Shown here: positions 19,493 to 29,700 of the stretch, in pieces
Position numbering within the stretch: the stretch's first letter is position 1
Layout: each line of letters opens with the position of its first letter
Notes under the pieces: generated by a model
What the model saw: only the letters and a program-made list of their open reading frames with translations
The model's database searches: none
Told to the model about the DNA's origin: nothing
Translations under genes and position numbers: made by a program
Origin: Polyangiales bacterium
GTDB taxonomy: Bacteria > Myxococcota_A > Polyangia > Polyangiales > Houyiibacteriaceae
Length of the DNA: 64,000 nucleotides
Reading direction: 5' to 3'
Assembly: GCA_965227405.1 (NCBI GenBank)
Contig: OZ245758.1
Span: 1,641,693-1,705,692 of the forward strand

Positions 19493-20299
19493 TCAGTCAG
19501 GAACCGTCAGTCGGCCCGGCGGAACGTTGCCGTTGTACCGAGCGGTCGATCCTGCACGCGCACCGAGAACACCACCCAGCACAGCGCCGACCACAACAAC
19601 ACCGACGATGGTCCAAAGCACCGGCGAACGTCGTAGCGGACGAGGCTCATCGCCTACGACATCGGGTTGTTCGGACAGGACTTCTTGTTGCGCGAGTTCC
19701 GTCGGATCAGGAACCAGTGGAGTCCACTCGAGACCGGCCACATCGATGACGTGCTCGGCGCCTTCTTCCAACGTGAACTCAAGCTCGACTGCCCGGTAGT
19801 CCGCGCGTTCAACGCGTGCCGTGTGCGTGGAGGGATCCAATGGAAAGAGTTCCCCATACGCAGCCGCAGGAACATCCTCGTCGTCGATCGCAACCGTCAC
19901 GTTCCGAAACTCACCCGTCGCCACAATCCGCACGTTCGGAATTGCCGCTTCGAGTTCCTCAAGTGCGGCTTGTGCAACTCGGTTCTGCTGTCGAGCGCGG
20001 CGCCCTCGGGCATCGTTGGAAGAAAGAAAGCGTCGGTAGCTCTCTGCAGCCGCGACCCACATGCCCAGCTGTCGTTGGGTGCCTGCCAAGTTCAACAGTG
20101 TGGTCGAACGAGGCGAGAGTTCGTACGAACGCTCGAACGCATCGTGAGCTTCCTGCCAGTTGCGCTGTCGCGCTTCGCGAATCCCCTCACGAAAGAGGCG
20201 GCGCGCAACCGTGGTGCTACTCGCGCCTTGAGCCTCCACCAAATCCGCCCCCGACGAGAGCAGAACCACCATCGCGAGGAGGTTGGCAGCGACACGCAT
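19493..20299 (-). CDS. signal-peptide protein with TPR-like segment and C-terminal TM helix, hypothetical
   Basis: real gene is the 3' 268 codons of a longer antisense-extended ORF; N-terminus MRVAANLLAMVVLLSSGADLVEAQG; TM VLWTIVGVVVVGAVLGGVLGA. Confidence 0.6.
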   Translation of the reverse strand: MRVAANLLAMVVLLSSGADLVEAQGASSTTVARRLFREGIREARQRNWQEAHDAFERSYELSPRSTTLLNLAGTQRQLGMWVAAAESYRRFLSSNDARGRRARQQNRVAQAALEELEAAIPNVRIVATGEFRNVTVAIDDEDVPAAAYGELFPLDPSTHTARVERADYRAVELEFTLEEGAEHVIDVAGLEWTPLVPDPTELAQQEVLSEQPDVVGDEPRPLRRSPVLWTIVGVVVVGAVLGGVLGARAGSTARYNGNVPPGRLTVPD

Positions 20300-20351
20300 G
20301 CGCAAATCGTATCGAAAACCACGCGCCGCTTCTACTTGGTATCCTCCCCGC

Positions 20352-22073
20352 ATGCTTCGGCGTCTTGGCTTCGCGCTCGCGATCGTCGCACTCGGTGCGT
20401 GTGATGACGAAGCCACGCAGTTGATCGTGGTCGTCGACACAGACCTCGCGATCCCAAGCATGATCGACGGGGTTCGCTTCGACGTTTCGGGACGCGGCGC
20501 AACCGCCACGACAACGGCAGCGTTGACGTCGTCTACGCAACTGCCACTGACGTTGGCGCTTGAACCCGAAGGCGATCCCGGCTCAGTCGAAATCCGAGTC
20601 ACTGGCACAAGCGCTGGAAGCGACGTCGTCGAAGCGCGCGTAGACACCGAGTTTCTCACCGGCCAGCGGCGACTGGTCAACGTGTTCCTTTCCACGTCGT
20701 GCATCAGCGTGGACTGCACTGGATCAAACACCTGCGTGCAGGGCATGTGTCGCCCTTCGTTTGTGGCTCCTGAAGACCTTCCGCGCTTCGACGGAGAGCC
20801 GGGCCGACTCGACGGTGGAGTCGGTGTGGATGCGGATATTGGTGATGCGGACACCCCCGACGCGTTCGATGGTGGACGCGACGCAACTGTCGATGCTCCA
20901 CCCATCGATACCGGTGGTGTCGATGCAGGCTGCGGATGCGACGACGGCGTGACCTGCATCGACGGTGTCTGCGAGAACCGGCTCGCGGTCGACGTGTGGA
21001 TGGGCCAACGCTTTACGTGCATCGAACGCCGCGACGGCACGATCAGTTGCCTAGGCGACAACCGCAGTGGACAGCTCGGCGACGGAACAACCAACGACGC
21101 CCCGGTGTTGGCGCCGGTTGATGTGATCGGTTTTGGACCGGACGGTGATACCGCCACGGACGTTGCGCTCGGTTTCGACTCGGCGTGCGTGGTGACCAGC
21201 GGTCGCGAAGTGTTTTGTTGGGGCGCCAACGAAGCCGGGCAGCTCGGTGACGGAACCCTGGTGATGCGACCCGTTCCACAGCGCGTACCGGGGTTGAACT
21301 CGATCATCGACGTCAGCTCCGGCTCGAACCACACCTGCACCGTGGCTGTGTCCGGCGAGATCCAATGTTTTGGCGGCAATGCCGCGGGGCAACTTGGCGA
21401 CAACACCAACGACGGACGCAACACACCGGCGCCTGTCGTGGACGATCTCGAGGGTGTTCAAGTCAGCTGTGGCAGCGGCTTCACCTGCGCGATTCTCATG
21501 GACAACAACGTCGCGTGTTGGGGCGGTGGACTGAGCGGCGAGAACGGCAACTCGATGTTTATGAACACCGAGCGGCCGGACAACGTTGGAGGAATCAGCG
21601 GGATTCCCTTGGCCCTCACCACTGGAAGCGACAACTCGTGCGTCGCTTTCGCGGATGGCACCGTTCGATGTTGGGGCGCGGCTGACTTCGGTCGGCTCGG
21701 TGACGGAGGCGCTAGTGGTGGCGGCGATCAGTTCATGGCTGTCCCCGTGCCTGCGCTTGCAGGCGTCACGCAAGTCGCGAACGGACCCACTGCCTCCCAC
21801 GCATGTGTGAACGCTGGTGGAGATGTGTTGTGTTGGGGTGGAAACCGCTTTGGCCAGGTCGGCGACGCGAACGTCGGCATTCCGCGGCCGGTGCCCTTTG
21901 AAGTGTCCCTGCCGTCCGCTGCGATTGCGGTAGAGACTGGCGGCGTGTCGTCGTGCGCCGTGTTGGACACCGGACGCGTGTACTGTTGGGGCGAAAACGC
22001 GCGTGGTCAGTTGGGTGACGGAACGACCGACGACCGCGGCATCCCGACGGAAGCCACCGCATTTTTCCCGTAG
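20352..22073 (+). CDS. RCC1-repeat (beta-propeller) lipoprotein
   Basis: lipobox MLRRLGFALAIVALGACDDE; at least six RCC1-like repeats (..CWGANEAGQLGDGT.., ..CFGGNAAGQLGDNT.., ..CWGENARGQLGDGT..). Confidence 0.75.
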   Translation: MLRRLGFALAIVALGACDDEATQLIVVVDTDLAIPSMIDGVRFDVSGRGATATTTAALTSSTQLPLTLALEPEGDPGSVEIRVTGTSAGSDVVEARVDTEFLTGQRRLVNVFLSTSCISVDCTGSNTCVQGMCRPSFVAPEDLPRFDGEPGRLDGGVGVDADIGDADTPDAFDGGRDATVDAPPIDTGGVDAGCGCDDGVTCIDGVCENRLAVDVWMGQRFTCIERRDGTISCLGDNRSGQLGDGTTNDAPVLAPVDVIGFGPDGDTATDVALGFDSACVVTSGREVFCWGANEAGQLGDGTLVMRPVPQRVPGLNSIIDVSSGSNHTCTVAVSGEIQCFGGNAAGQLGDNTNDGRNTPAPVVDDLEGVQVSCGSGFTCAILMDNNVACWGGGLSGENGNSMFMNTERPDNVGGISGIPLALTTGSDNSCVAFADGTVRCWGAADFGRLGDGGASGGGDQFMAVPVPALAGVTQVANGPTASHACVNAGGDVLCWGGNRFGQVGDANVGIPRPVPFEVSLPSAAIAVETGGVSSCAVLDTGRVYCWGENARGQLGDGTTDDRGIPTEATAFFP

Positions 22074-22088
22074 GCGGTACGCTTCGGC

Positions 22089-23648
22089 ATGGCGAAGCGG
22101 CGTTTTGAGTTCAGCAGCGGTTCCTCGAACAAGTTTTGGGAAATCGACGTCAAAGGTTCGTCGCACACGGTGCGCTACGGGCGCATCGGAACGGACGGAC
22201 AAACCAAAACCAAAACACTCGCGTCGCCCGCCAAGGCTCGCGAAGCGGCGGACAAGCTCATCGCGAGCAAGATGAAGAAGGGCTACGTCGAGACCAAGGG
22301 CAAGGCCGCCAAGAAGCCTGCGAAGGCCGCCAAGAAGAAGCCCGCCAAGAAGAAGCCTGCGAAGAAGTCCGCGAAACGGTTCCCATCGACGAAGGCGTCG
22401 GCGAAACGAAAGCCCACCAAGAAGGCGACCAAGCGACCCGCGAAGAAAAAGCTCGCGAAGGGCAAACGCATCGACGCGCGATTGGTGCATGCCGTCGCAC
22501 CGAAGTATCCCGCCGGCTCGTTCGTCGGCGTGTGGGAAAGCGGAGCCGACTTGTGGGTCATCGGCGCAGACGACATCGGCAAAGAGGACGATGTCTCCAC
22601 CGCAGATGTGATCGACAGCGATGGCTTTGTTCAACGCTGGCGCTTCAAGTCGCCCAAAGAAGCCAAAGCCGCAGCGGCAGCGATCAAGAAGCAGAAGAAG
22701 CCCGCGAAAGGTCCCGCACCGGACTGGGTTAAAATCGACTCCGCGCTCAATCCGTTGATGCGCGCCAAGGATCTGCCCACGATTGCGCGTTACGACGTAG
22801 CGAAGAGCGGCCCGCTCACATTGACGCGGTCCACGCCCTTTGACTGGGTCCATCCGCGACCTGCATCACGTTGCTGGTGCGGGCGTGCCCTGATGCCGAC
22901 GTATCAACTCAGTGGCGCGGTCGATCCTCGTTTGGGCAAGAAGATCCGAATGCACATCTCGTTTTGCCCAGGCTCACTGCAGTCTCCGCACTGCGAAGGC
23001 ACGATCGAGGTGATCGTCGAGCACGAAGGTGCGAAATCCAGCGACGTCGTCGCCTACGAACTCATTGGCTACGGACGCAACAAGAGTTACGGGGTGCTGT
23101 CGCGAAGCGTGTTTTGGGATCCGATCGGGTCGGGTTTCCGGCATGCAGTGACGACGCACTATGGCGAGATGGGCACACCCGGGACAGTTCGTACCGAAAC
23201 GTTTCGGACGCGCAAAGAGGCCGACGAGTACTTCAAAAAGCGAAAGCCTCACCGCCCGGCAAAGCGAAGTCAGTTTGGGAAGTGGTACGCCGACGTACTC
23301 AAGGAGCGCGCCCACTTCCACCGCGTCCCAGGTTCGAAGCCACAAACGCTGCGCCTCAAGCCTCTGATGGCGCCGGCCAAAGTCAGCGGCAGCCCCTACG
23401 CACGCGTCGCGGACCTCTTCGACAATCGAGATGGAGTGGGTGGACAACCGAACTACACGCAGAGCGACTGGAGCGACACGTTTGACTGCGCCGCGTGTGG
23501 CAAGGTGATGCTCTTTGTGTTTCAGACGGGCTACGGCGCGCCGTGGTGGTGCGAACAACTCAACGACGGGGATGCAGGATCGTTTCAGTTCTTTGCGTGT
23601 CCGCACTGCAAGGGCCCACACGGTCGCGCGCTCTTTGAGTGCCACTAG
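22089..23648 (+). CDS. WGR-domain protein with histone-H1-like Lys/Ala/Pro linker and Cys-motif C-terminal domain
   Basis: WGR signature RRFEFSSGSSNKFWEIDVKGSSHTVRYGRIGTDGQTKTKTL..KKGY; linker AKKPAKAAKKKPAKKKPAKK; C-terminal CAACGK..FFACPHCKGPHG. Confidence 0.75.
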   Translation: MAKRRFEFSSGSSNKFWEIDVKGSSHTVRYGRIGTDGQTKTKTLASPAKAREAADKLIASKMKKGYVETKGKAAKKPAKAAKKKPAKKKPAKKSAKRFPSTKASAKRKPTKKATKRPAKKKLAKGKRIDARLVHAVAPKYPAGSFVGVWESGADLWVIGADDIGKEDDVSTADVIDSDGFVQRWRFKSPKEAKAAAAAIKKQKKPAKGPAPDWVKIDSALNPLMRAKDLPTIARYDVAKSGPLTLTRSTPFDWVHPRPASRCWCGRALMPTYQLSGAVDPRLGKKIRMHISFCPGSLQSPHCEGTIEVIVEHEGAKSSDVVAYELIGYGRNKSYGVLSRSVFWDPIGSGFRHAVTTHYGEMGTPGTVRTETFRTRKEADEYFKKRKPHRPAKRSQFGKWYADVLKERAHFHRVPGSKPQTLRLKPLMAPAKVSGSPYARVADLFDNRDGVGGQPNYTQSDWSDTFDCAACGKVMLFVFQTGYGAPWWCEQLNDGDAGSFQFFACPHCKGPHGRALFECH

Positions 23649-24594
23649 CGCGCGTCCACATCGCAACAAGCGCACCCACGATTCCGGGACGGACGGTGCT
23701 TCGATACGACGCAGACTCGGGAAGCTGCTCCATTAAACGCTGATGTACCAAGGGAAAGTGGTGGTAGGCCAACCGCGGAAACTGGTGGTGCAACGCGTGA
23801 TGCGCCGTGCCGACAGGGTTCACCAGCCAGGTCAGCCAACCTCCTTCGAGGGTGCTCGAGTCTGCGACTTGAGCATCGAAGCTCATTGGGTCGCCGTGGC
23901 TTTCGTACGCGTGCGACACGTTTGTGCGCAACTGATTGAGCGCAAGCGCAGTTCCCGTGACCGCCCACCACAGAAGCGCCCAATGCCAGTGCAGCCATCC
24001 TTGGATCAGAGCGACGCTCATCGTGGTCCACCACAGCCACGCAAGCACTTCGTACCGAACAAAACGCACGTCTACGCATTCGCGTCGAAACGACATGTTG
24101 GTCACAAGCGAACTCGCACGCGCGACCACAATCCGACGAATGGGAGGCACGACACTAAGCGGTGCCACCAAGACCCAACGAAGCGCAAGCAAGGGCGGCA
24201 ACACAAAGCTGACCAGGACCGAGGAGATGTGTTGCAGCCGGCCCCAGGTCGCGACCTGTTCGTATTCGGGATCGCCTAGCGTGCCGTAGACCCGGGTTCG
24301 ATGATGATCGGTGTGCGTGTCGACCATAGGGCTGATCAATCCCAATGGGACGCCGACGAGCAGGTTCCAGATCGGCTCAAACCCAGGCAGCTCACCTGCG
24401 CGCCGATGGTTGATCTCGTGGACGAAGTACGCCGCCCGCCACAGCGCAAAGACGCTGATCATCGCCGCTAGAGGCCAGGACAGCGCCAACACAAACGCAC
24501 CCCAGCCCACCAGCGCACTGGCGCCAAAATCCGCCCAATAGATGCTTCGATTGGGCTTCAGGGTCCGTACCCACGCACGAAACTCGCGATTCAT
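23560..24594 (-). CDS. membrane fatty-acid desaturase
   Basis: three His boxes HEINHR, HTDHHRT and HHALHHQF; start set at MNREFRAW (24594), the ORF-track start is 24834; 3' end overlaps the WGR gene by 89 bp. Confidence 0.75.
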   Translation of the reverse strand: MNREFRAWVRTLKPNRSIYWADFGASALVGWGAFVLALSWPLAAMISVFALWRAAYFVHEINHRRAGELPGFEPIWNLLVGVPLGLISPMVDTHTDHHRTRVYGTLGDPEYEQVATWGRLQHISSVLVSFVLPPLLALRWVLVAPLSVVPPIRRIVVARASSLVTNMSFRRECVDVRFVRYEVLAWLWWTTMSVALIQGWLHWHWALLWWAVTGTALALNQLRTNVSHAYESHGDPMSFDAQVADSSTLEGGWLTWLVNPVGTAHHALHHQFPRLAYHHFPLVHQRLMEQLPESASYRSTVRPGIVGALVAMWTRASGTQRARDRVGPCSADTQRTETILHPRR

Positions 24595-24675
24595 GCGGCT
24601 AGCGTCGCGAATCACTGAGTTTCTGGCATTGGTCGACTGCGCCGTTTCATTGACCGAACGCGCTATCGTGGGTGG

Positions 24676-25607
24676 GTGATAGCGCGGAGCGTCACCGAAC
24701 ACGTCATCGCCGTGGCCAAGGCTCATGGGGCCGGTGGCATGATCCAGCCCACCGGCGACCAGGTGGATGATGCCACCCACCTCAAGATCTGGGAGCAAGC
24801 CATTGCTCAAACCTCCCGCGACTTGCCGGTCCACTACGCGCGTGCGTGTGATGTGGATGGCTATGGCTTGCTCGGTCTAGCGTGCAAGACAGCACCTGAT
24901 CTGCGAACGGCCATCGAGCGCATGCTCACCTTCGTGCACATCGTGGCCTCGAGTGTGCAGGCTCGGTTGGATGGCCACACGCTGGTCGTCCAACGCGACG
25001 GCAACCCCGGACTGGGTCGAATGGCAGCCATCGAGTCCACGCTGGGCGAGATCTGGGTGACCATCGGCCAGATGACCGTCGAACCGGTTGCTCTGACGCG
25101 CGTTGAACTCGCCCACCCACCCTACGTGCAGCTGAACTCGCTCTTCGGATGTCCGGTCGAGCAGACCGATCGCAATGCTCTGGTGTTTGCTGACGATGCA
25201 CTCCGCACGCCCTGAAGCAGGCTGATTCTGCGATTTCTGCCTATTTTCTCGAGCAATTGCGTCCCTTGGCGAAACCTGAGACGTGGACCGAGCGAGTCGC
25301 ACAACAGCTCGAAACCGCATTTGCGCAGTCTGGAGGAGCATCCAGACCTGGGGTCGAGGATGTCGCTCGAGCGTTGGCCGTTTCACCGCGCACGTTGCAG
25401 CGTCATCTCCAAGAAGAGTCCTCTTCGTTTCGCACCGTCCTCGAACACACGCGTCTCACCATCGCCAAACGACTTCTGATCACACACGCCATCGGCGAGG
25501 TCGCATTCGCGCTCGGGTTCTCCGAAAGCAGCGCCTTTCATCGTTGGTTTCGAAAGTCGACAGGGATGACGCCGGGTGCGTTTCGCGATTCCTCCACGCT
25601 GGGATGA
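24676..25607 (+). pseudogene. AraC-family transcriptional regulator split by a frameshift (ligand-binding domain 24676..25215, HTH domain 25257..25607)
   Basis: the upstream ORF is an AraC-type N-domain; the downstream ORF has the AraC HTH (..GFSESSAFHRWFRKSTGMTPGAF); the reading frame changes by 1 nt between about 25194 and 25213. Confidence 0.5.
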
Positions 25608-25636
25608 TTTGTTCGAGCACAGCGCGTTGACTCTTC

Positions 25637-26206
25637 GTGCCGCGCGTTTGGAGTCATAACCACCACTACTACTCGCGAGTCCTGCTCGCCTGCCCTTCAC
25701 GATGCCGAGTCGCACTGGATGTTGGATGCGGCGAAGGTGACCTCAGTATCGAGCTGCTTCGAGTGGCGGACCACGTCATCGGACTCGACTCGGACCCGGT
25801 GGTGATCGAACGCGCACGCGAACGCTCGCGTGATGCAGAATGGCGGTGCGAGAGCTTCCTCGAGTCCGAACTACCGCGTGCCGACTTCATTACGTTCGTC
25901 GCATCTCTCCATCACATGGACATGCGCCCGACGCTCGATCGGGCACTCTCGCTCTTACAGCCTGGGGGAGTGCTCTGCGTCATCGGCATGGCGCGTTCGA
26001 CCGAACCGCGAGACTGGCTTGCCGATGTGGGGGGCTTTGTGGCGTCCCGAACACTGAAACTGTTTCGCCCAACCGCACGTTCGCAGATGCGCTTGAAGCA
26101 CCCACAGGTTTCGTACCGCGACGTTCGAACCCTCGCGCATTCGCTACCCGGCGCGCACTACGAACGGTTGTGGCTCTTTCGCTACCTCTTGGAGGTGAAC
26201 ACCTAA
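25637..26206 (+). CDS. class I SAM-dependent methyltransferase
   Basis: motif I VALDVGCGEGDL, motif II-like LLQPGGVL. Confidence 0.7.
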   Translation: MPRVWSHNHHYYSRVLLACPSRCRVALDVGCGEGDLSIELLRVADHVIGLDSDPVVIERARERSRDAEWRCESFLESELPRADFITFVASLHHMDMRPTLDRALSLLQPGGVLCVIGMARSTEPRDWLADVGGFVASRTLKLFRPTARSQMRLKHPQVSYRDVRTLAHSLPGAHYERLWLFRYLLEVNT

Positions 26207-27552
26207 CAGCACCAACGCGTCACGATGTCTGCCAACACGTCGGTTCCCCACGCGTAGCCGTCGAGAGGGATTCGTTCGTCGTGCGCATGGAAGAGATCGG
26301 CATAGCGCAACCCTTTCGGCAACTTGAGTGGGGCAAAGCCGATCCACTTCACGCCGATTCGATCGAAGCCCTTCGCATCGGTGAATCCCGGAAGCATGTA
26401 CGGAACCACCGGACAGCCCGGCGCGTGATCCTTCATCACGCTCTCAATGGTCTGGTAGAGCGGCCCCTTCCAAGGACGCGTCTCGACGGCATCCATGGCA
26501 TGTGTGACTTCGATCTCGACGTCGTCACCCATGATCTCTTTCACTTCGCGAAGGAACGACTGTTGGGTTTGTCCCGGCAACACGCGTCCATCGATCTCGA
26601 TCGATGCTGAACCTGGGATCACGTTCACGCTTTGTCCGGAACGAAACACCGTCGGACTCGCGGTGTTCGCCAGCATCGCCAACATGCCCATGCGAACCGT
26701 GGGATCTGGGACACGACGCACGATCTCCCGCAGCGCACCGGGCTGCTTGGCAAGCTGCCCCGTTGTCGCACGAAACCCCGGTACTTGCGGGGCAATCGCA
26801 TCGACCAGGTGTTCCAAAAACGCTTCGACGATCGGAGTGCGATGCGGCGGAAGCGACGTGGGTGTGAGTCGCGCAACCTTCTCCGCGAGACGCAACACAG
26901 CCGAGTCTGCGCGTGGCATCGACCCGTGTCCTGGAGGTCCGTGGATGGTGGCCTTCATCCAGCACACGCCCTTCTCGGCAACCTGCACGGGATAGAAACA
27001 CTTGCCACCGAGATGCAGCGAGAACCCACCGCCCTCGCCCAGCGCGTACTCGGCACGAACCAAGTCTGGATGGTTGTCGCAGAGCCACAGTGAACCTGCA
27101 CGACAACCCTGCTCCTCGTCCGCCACTGCGGCAAAGATCAGATCGCGTTTGAGTTGGACCCCTTCTTTGGCCAATCGACAGATCACCGCGAGCGACATCG
27201 CCACGTGGTTTTTCATGTCGACCGCGCCTCGCCCGTAGAGACAACCGTCGTCGCCCACGACACCCGCGAAGGGCGGATGCGTCCAATGTTCGGGTTCGAC
27301 AGGAACGACGTCGAGATGACCCGTCAGCAACAAGGGCGGTTTCTCGCCGGTTCCCTTAATCCGTGCGACGACGTTTGTGCGCTTGTCGCTTGAGGTGAGA
27401 ATCGTCGGCTCAAGACCTGCTTCGCGAAGTGCGCCGACCACGTAGGCTGCAGCTTCGGTTTCGTCTCCGGGCGGGTTAATGCTCGGGATTTTCAGCAGGC
27501 CTTCGAGAAGAACCCGGGAATGTTCGCGGAGGGCGCCGTCAGCGACGTTCAT
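26203..27552 (-). CDS. M20 family metallopeptidase (ArgE/DapE/CPG2-like)
   Basis: metal-binding GHLDVVP..., DMKN, EEQG motifs; dimerisation domain; 4-bp overlap with the methyltransferase stop. Confidence 0.85.
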   Translation of the reverse strand: MNVADGALREHSRVLLEGLLKIPSINPPGDETEAAAYVVGALREAGLEPTILTSSDKRTNVVARIKGTGEKPPLLLTGHLDVVPVEPEHWTHPPFAGVVGDDGCLYGRGAVDMKNHVAMSLAVICRLAKEGVQLKRDLIFAAVADEEQGCRAGSLWLCDNHPDLVRAEYALGEGGGFSLHLGGKCFYPVQVAEKGVCWMKATIHGPPGHGSMPRADSAVLRLAEKVARLTPTSLPPHRTPIVEAFLEHLVDAIAPQVPGFRATTGQLAKQPGALREIVRRVPDPTVRMGMLAMLANTASPTVFRSGQSVNVIPGSASIEIDGRVLPGQTQQSFLREVKEIMGDDVEIEVTHAMDAVETRPWKGPLYQTIESVMKDHAPGCPVVPYMLPGFTDAKGFDRIGVKWIGFAPLKLPKGLRYADLFHAHDERIPLDGYAWGTDVLADIVTRWCC

Positions 27553-27641
27553 GGCGCGAGCATACCGAGGATTTCAAGAAGAGAACCTTTGGGCTGGGCG
27601 TACGTCTATCATAGGTACCGGCGAAGTAGGGTTGAAGACGA

Positions 27642-28613
27642 ATGCGAGCTGAGGCACCGGAAGGAGGACGCGACAACGAGCTTCGACTCGTCTTGTGGGC
27701 GGCCTTGGTTCTCTCGCTCGGAGGTCACTTGGTGATCTACTTCAGCCTCAACCCGTGGTGGCCAGGTCCTGTCGGTTCACCGAGTGAACCGAATTGGATG
27801 ACCATGGTTGAAGGACCTGGCGACGGGATGGGTGAGGAAGTCACGCCCGAAGAATCGGGTGAAGCTGGAAGCGATCTGCTTGAGAGTGAGCCGATCGCAC
27901 CGCAGGAGCGCGTGCCTGAAGACATTCGCGTGCAGCGCGAAACCGAACCGGAGCCGGTCGAAGAGCAGATCACGGTGGTGGACGAAGCCGAAGAACCGGA
28001 CGTCGCGGTTGAGGACCCGATCGAGCGTATCGAGAACACGCAAGCACCCAGCAACGAAGTTCGCGACATTCCGAGCCCAGAAGAGACCGCCAACCGACTC
28101 TTTGTCGACGCACTCATCAATCGAGGCAACAACGGCCAAGGGAACGTTGGCGCGGGCACAGGTTCCGGTGGTGGCGGTGAAGCCGGTGGTGGCGGTGAGT
28201 GTGGGGATCCGATCCTGGGAACCTGGCGCGCGCGTCGGTACGACCGACTACATCAACGGCACGCCACGTTCACCATTCGAATCACACACCGCGAGGGTGA
28301 TCGTCTCGAAGGCACGATCATCAACCGCGCATGGAGTGGCGGACCGCTACAAACGTCTCCGCCGCGCTGCACACCTGGAGTCTTTGATCATACGGTTCGC
28401 ATGCCCGCGCATGGTCGTTTCAATGGGCGCGAGTTTCGGATGGATGCAGAGTCGCATCGTCGAACGGTGCACTGCATCGACACGGGGATCTGGATGTACA
28501 ACCTGGATCACTTTACCGGGCGAATGCAGGGCGATGTGCTGGTGACCGTGAACAACGATGGTGGGGTGGAAGTGAACTCGCCGTATCGTTTTCGGCGGGT
28601 CAGTTGTCTCTAA
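27642..28613 (+). CDS. membrane-anchored protein with acidic Pro/Glu-rich linker, hypothetical
   Basis: TM LRLVLWAALVLSLGGHLVIYF; acidic linker; Gly-rich stretch; no catalytic motif. Confidence 0.5.
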   Translation: MRAEAPEGGRDNELRLVLWAALVLSLGGHLVIYFSLNPWWPGPVGSPSEPNWMTMVEGPGDGMGEEVTPEESGEAGSDLLESEPIAPQERVPEDIRVQRETEPEPVEEQITVVDEAEEPDVAVEDPIERIENTQAPSNEVRDIPSPEETANRLFVDALINRGNNGQGNVGAGTGSGGGGEAGGGGECGDPILGTWRARRYDRLHQRHATFTIRITHREGDRLEGTIINRAWSGGPLQTSPPRCTPGVFDHTVRMPAHGRFNGREFRMDAESHRRTVHCIDTGIWMYNLDHFTGRMQGDVLVTVNNDGGVEVNSPYRFRRVSCL

Positions 28614-28660
28614 CTTGGCACGCTCCGCTCGCAGAAACTTAGGCAGGGAAACCCGGGTTT

Positions 28661-28803
28661 GATGTGCATTCCGCTTCGCGGATCCGGAAGGATGGAAGCT
28701 CGGGAGTACGGAAGCTCAACGCATGGGCCGAGAAAAGAGTCTGTTTCTCTTCCCGGCTTACCCTCTTTCGATCTTCCCGGATAAAAATGAATCGCGGCAC
28801 ATC
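28661..28803 (+). repeat. MITE-like intergenic repeat, copy B
   Basis: bounded by the terminal inverted repeat GATGTGC..GCACATC; ~85% identical to the reverse complement of 17781..17925. Confidence 0.8.
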
Positions 28804-28824
28804 CAAGTCGCGAAGCGGACCTGG

Positions 28825-29700
28825 TCACTCGGAAGCAGAGTTTAGCGCCCAGTCGTACTCAAAATGCGTAATCCGCGTTCGGTCGCGCCGCACAAACTCC
28901 GCGTCTTCGCCCTCAAGCTGCGACGCAATGAACTCACGTACATCGCCAAAGTCATCCGCAAACCACTCGAACAACTTCGTGGCCGAGATTCGATTGCGCC
29001 GACGATCCAACTGCGTTGTACCGCGCACAAACGCTTGCGTTGCTGAGGCCAACAGGGCTTCGAGGTTTTCGGGAGTAAACGCCTCACGCTGAAGCGGAGG
29101 ACAACCCACCGATGCACAGTTCACGGCAAAGTGAATTCGCGGCTCACCAAAGCGCTCCTTGTCGCGGATAATCTCGTTCTCCAACGCGTTGAGCGTCATA
29201 TCCGCGCCTGCAACGCGATGGGTTCGCGCGTCGAAGAACCCGTCTTCCTGCATCACGCTTTCGACGGGCCACAACTCCAACACGGAGTTCACGGTCAGCA
29301 CGTTGTAGGCGTTGATGTAAAACGCCAACGCACGGTCGCGCTCCATCCCGGAGGTATCGATCGATCCAACTCGTTCGACGATCATCGCCAAGCGAGCGAC
29401 GTGTTCTTCGTTGGCGCGAAGCGCTTCGTAGCGAAAGCCTGCGTCGTTGACGTATGCCGCGAGCAGGTTCGTCCAATCGGCGGTGGGAAACGAGTCGACT
29501 GCAGGTGCTTCGCGGGTCCCGGGAACTTCGGTGTTCCGCGCTTGCGGCTCTTCCTGTTCGGGTTCGGCCTCAGCAACCGGCTCGGGTTCGGGAGCAGGTG
29601 TTTGCGGCGGAGGTGACTCAGTGTTGTCAGCACCACATGCGAGCGCAAAGACCAGAGGAAGCCAAAGTTTTCCAGAAGCCATGCAGGACGTACGAACCAT
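28825..29700 (-). CDS. DUF547-domain lipoprotein
   Basis: lipobox LVFALACGAD; DUF547-like core AFYINAYNVLTV..HFAVNCASVGCPPL. Confidence 0.7.
   Translation of the reverse strand: MVRTSCMASGKLWLPLVFALACGADNTESPPPQTPAPEPEPVAEAEPEQEEPQARNTEVPGTREAPAVDSFPTADWTNLLAAYVNDAGFRYEALRANEEHVARLAMIVERVGSIDTSGMERDRALAFYINAYNVLTVNSVLELWPVESVMQEDGFFDARTHRVAGADMTLNALENEIIRDKERFGEPRIHFAVNCASVGCPPLQREAFTPENLEALLASATQAFVRGTTQLDRRRNRISATKLFEWFADDFGDVREFIASQLEGEDAEFVRRDRTRITHFEYDWALNSASE

Noticed and set aside
20300-22853. Long minus-strand ORFs (upstream part of 19493..21424, and 21051..22853) antisense to the RCC1 and WGR genes
   Set aside because: Only the 3' 268 codons of 19493..21424 (19493..20299) look like a real protein; the rest are GC-driven open frames over genes with strong domain evidence.
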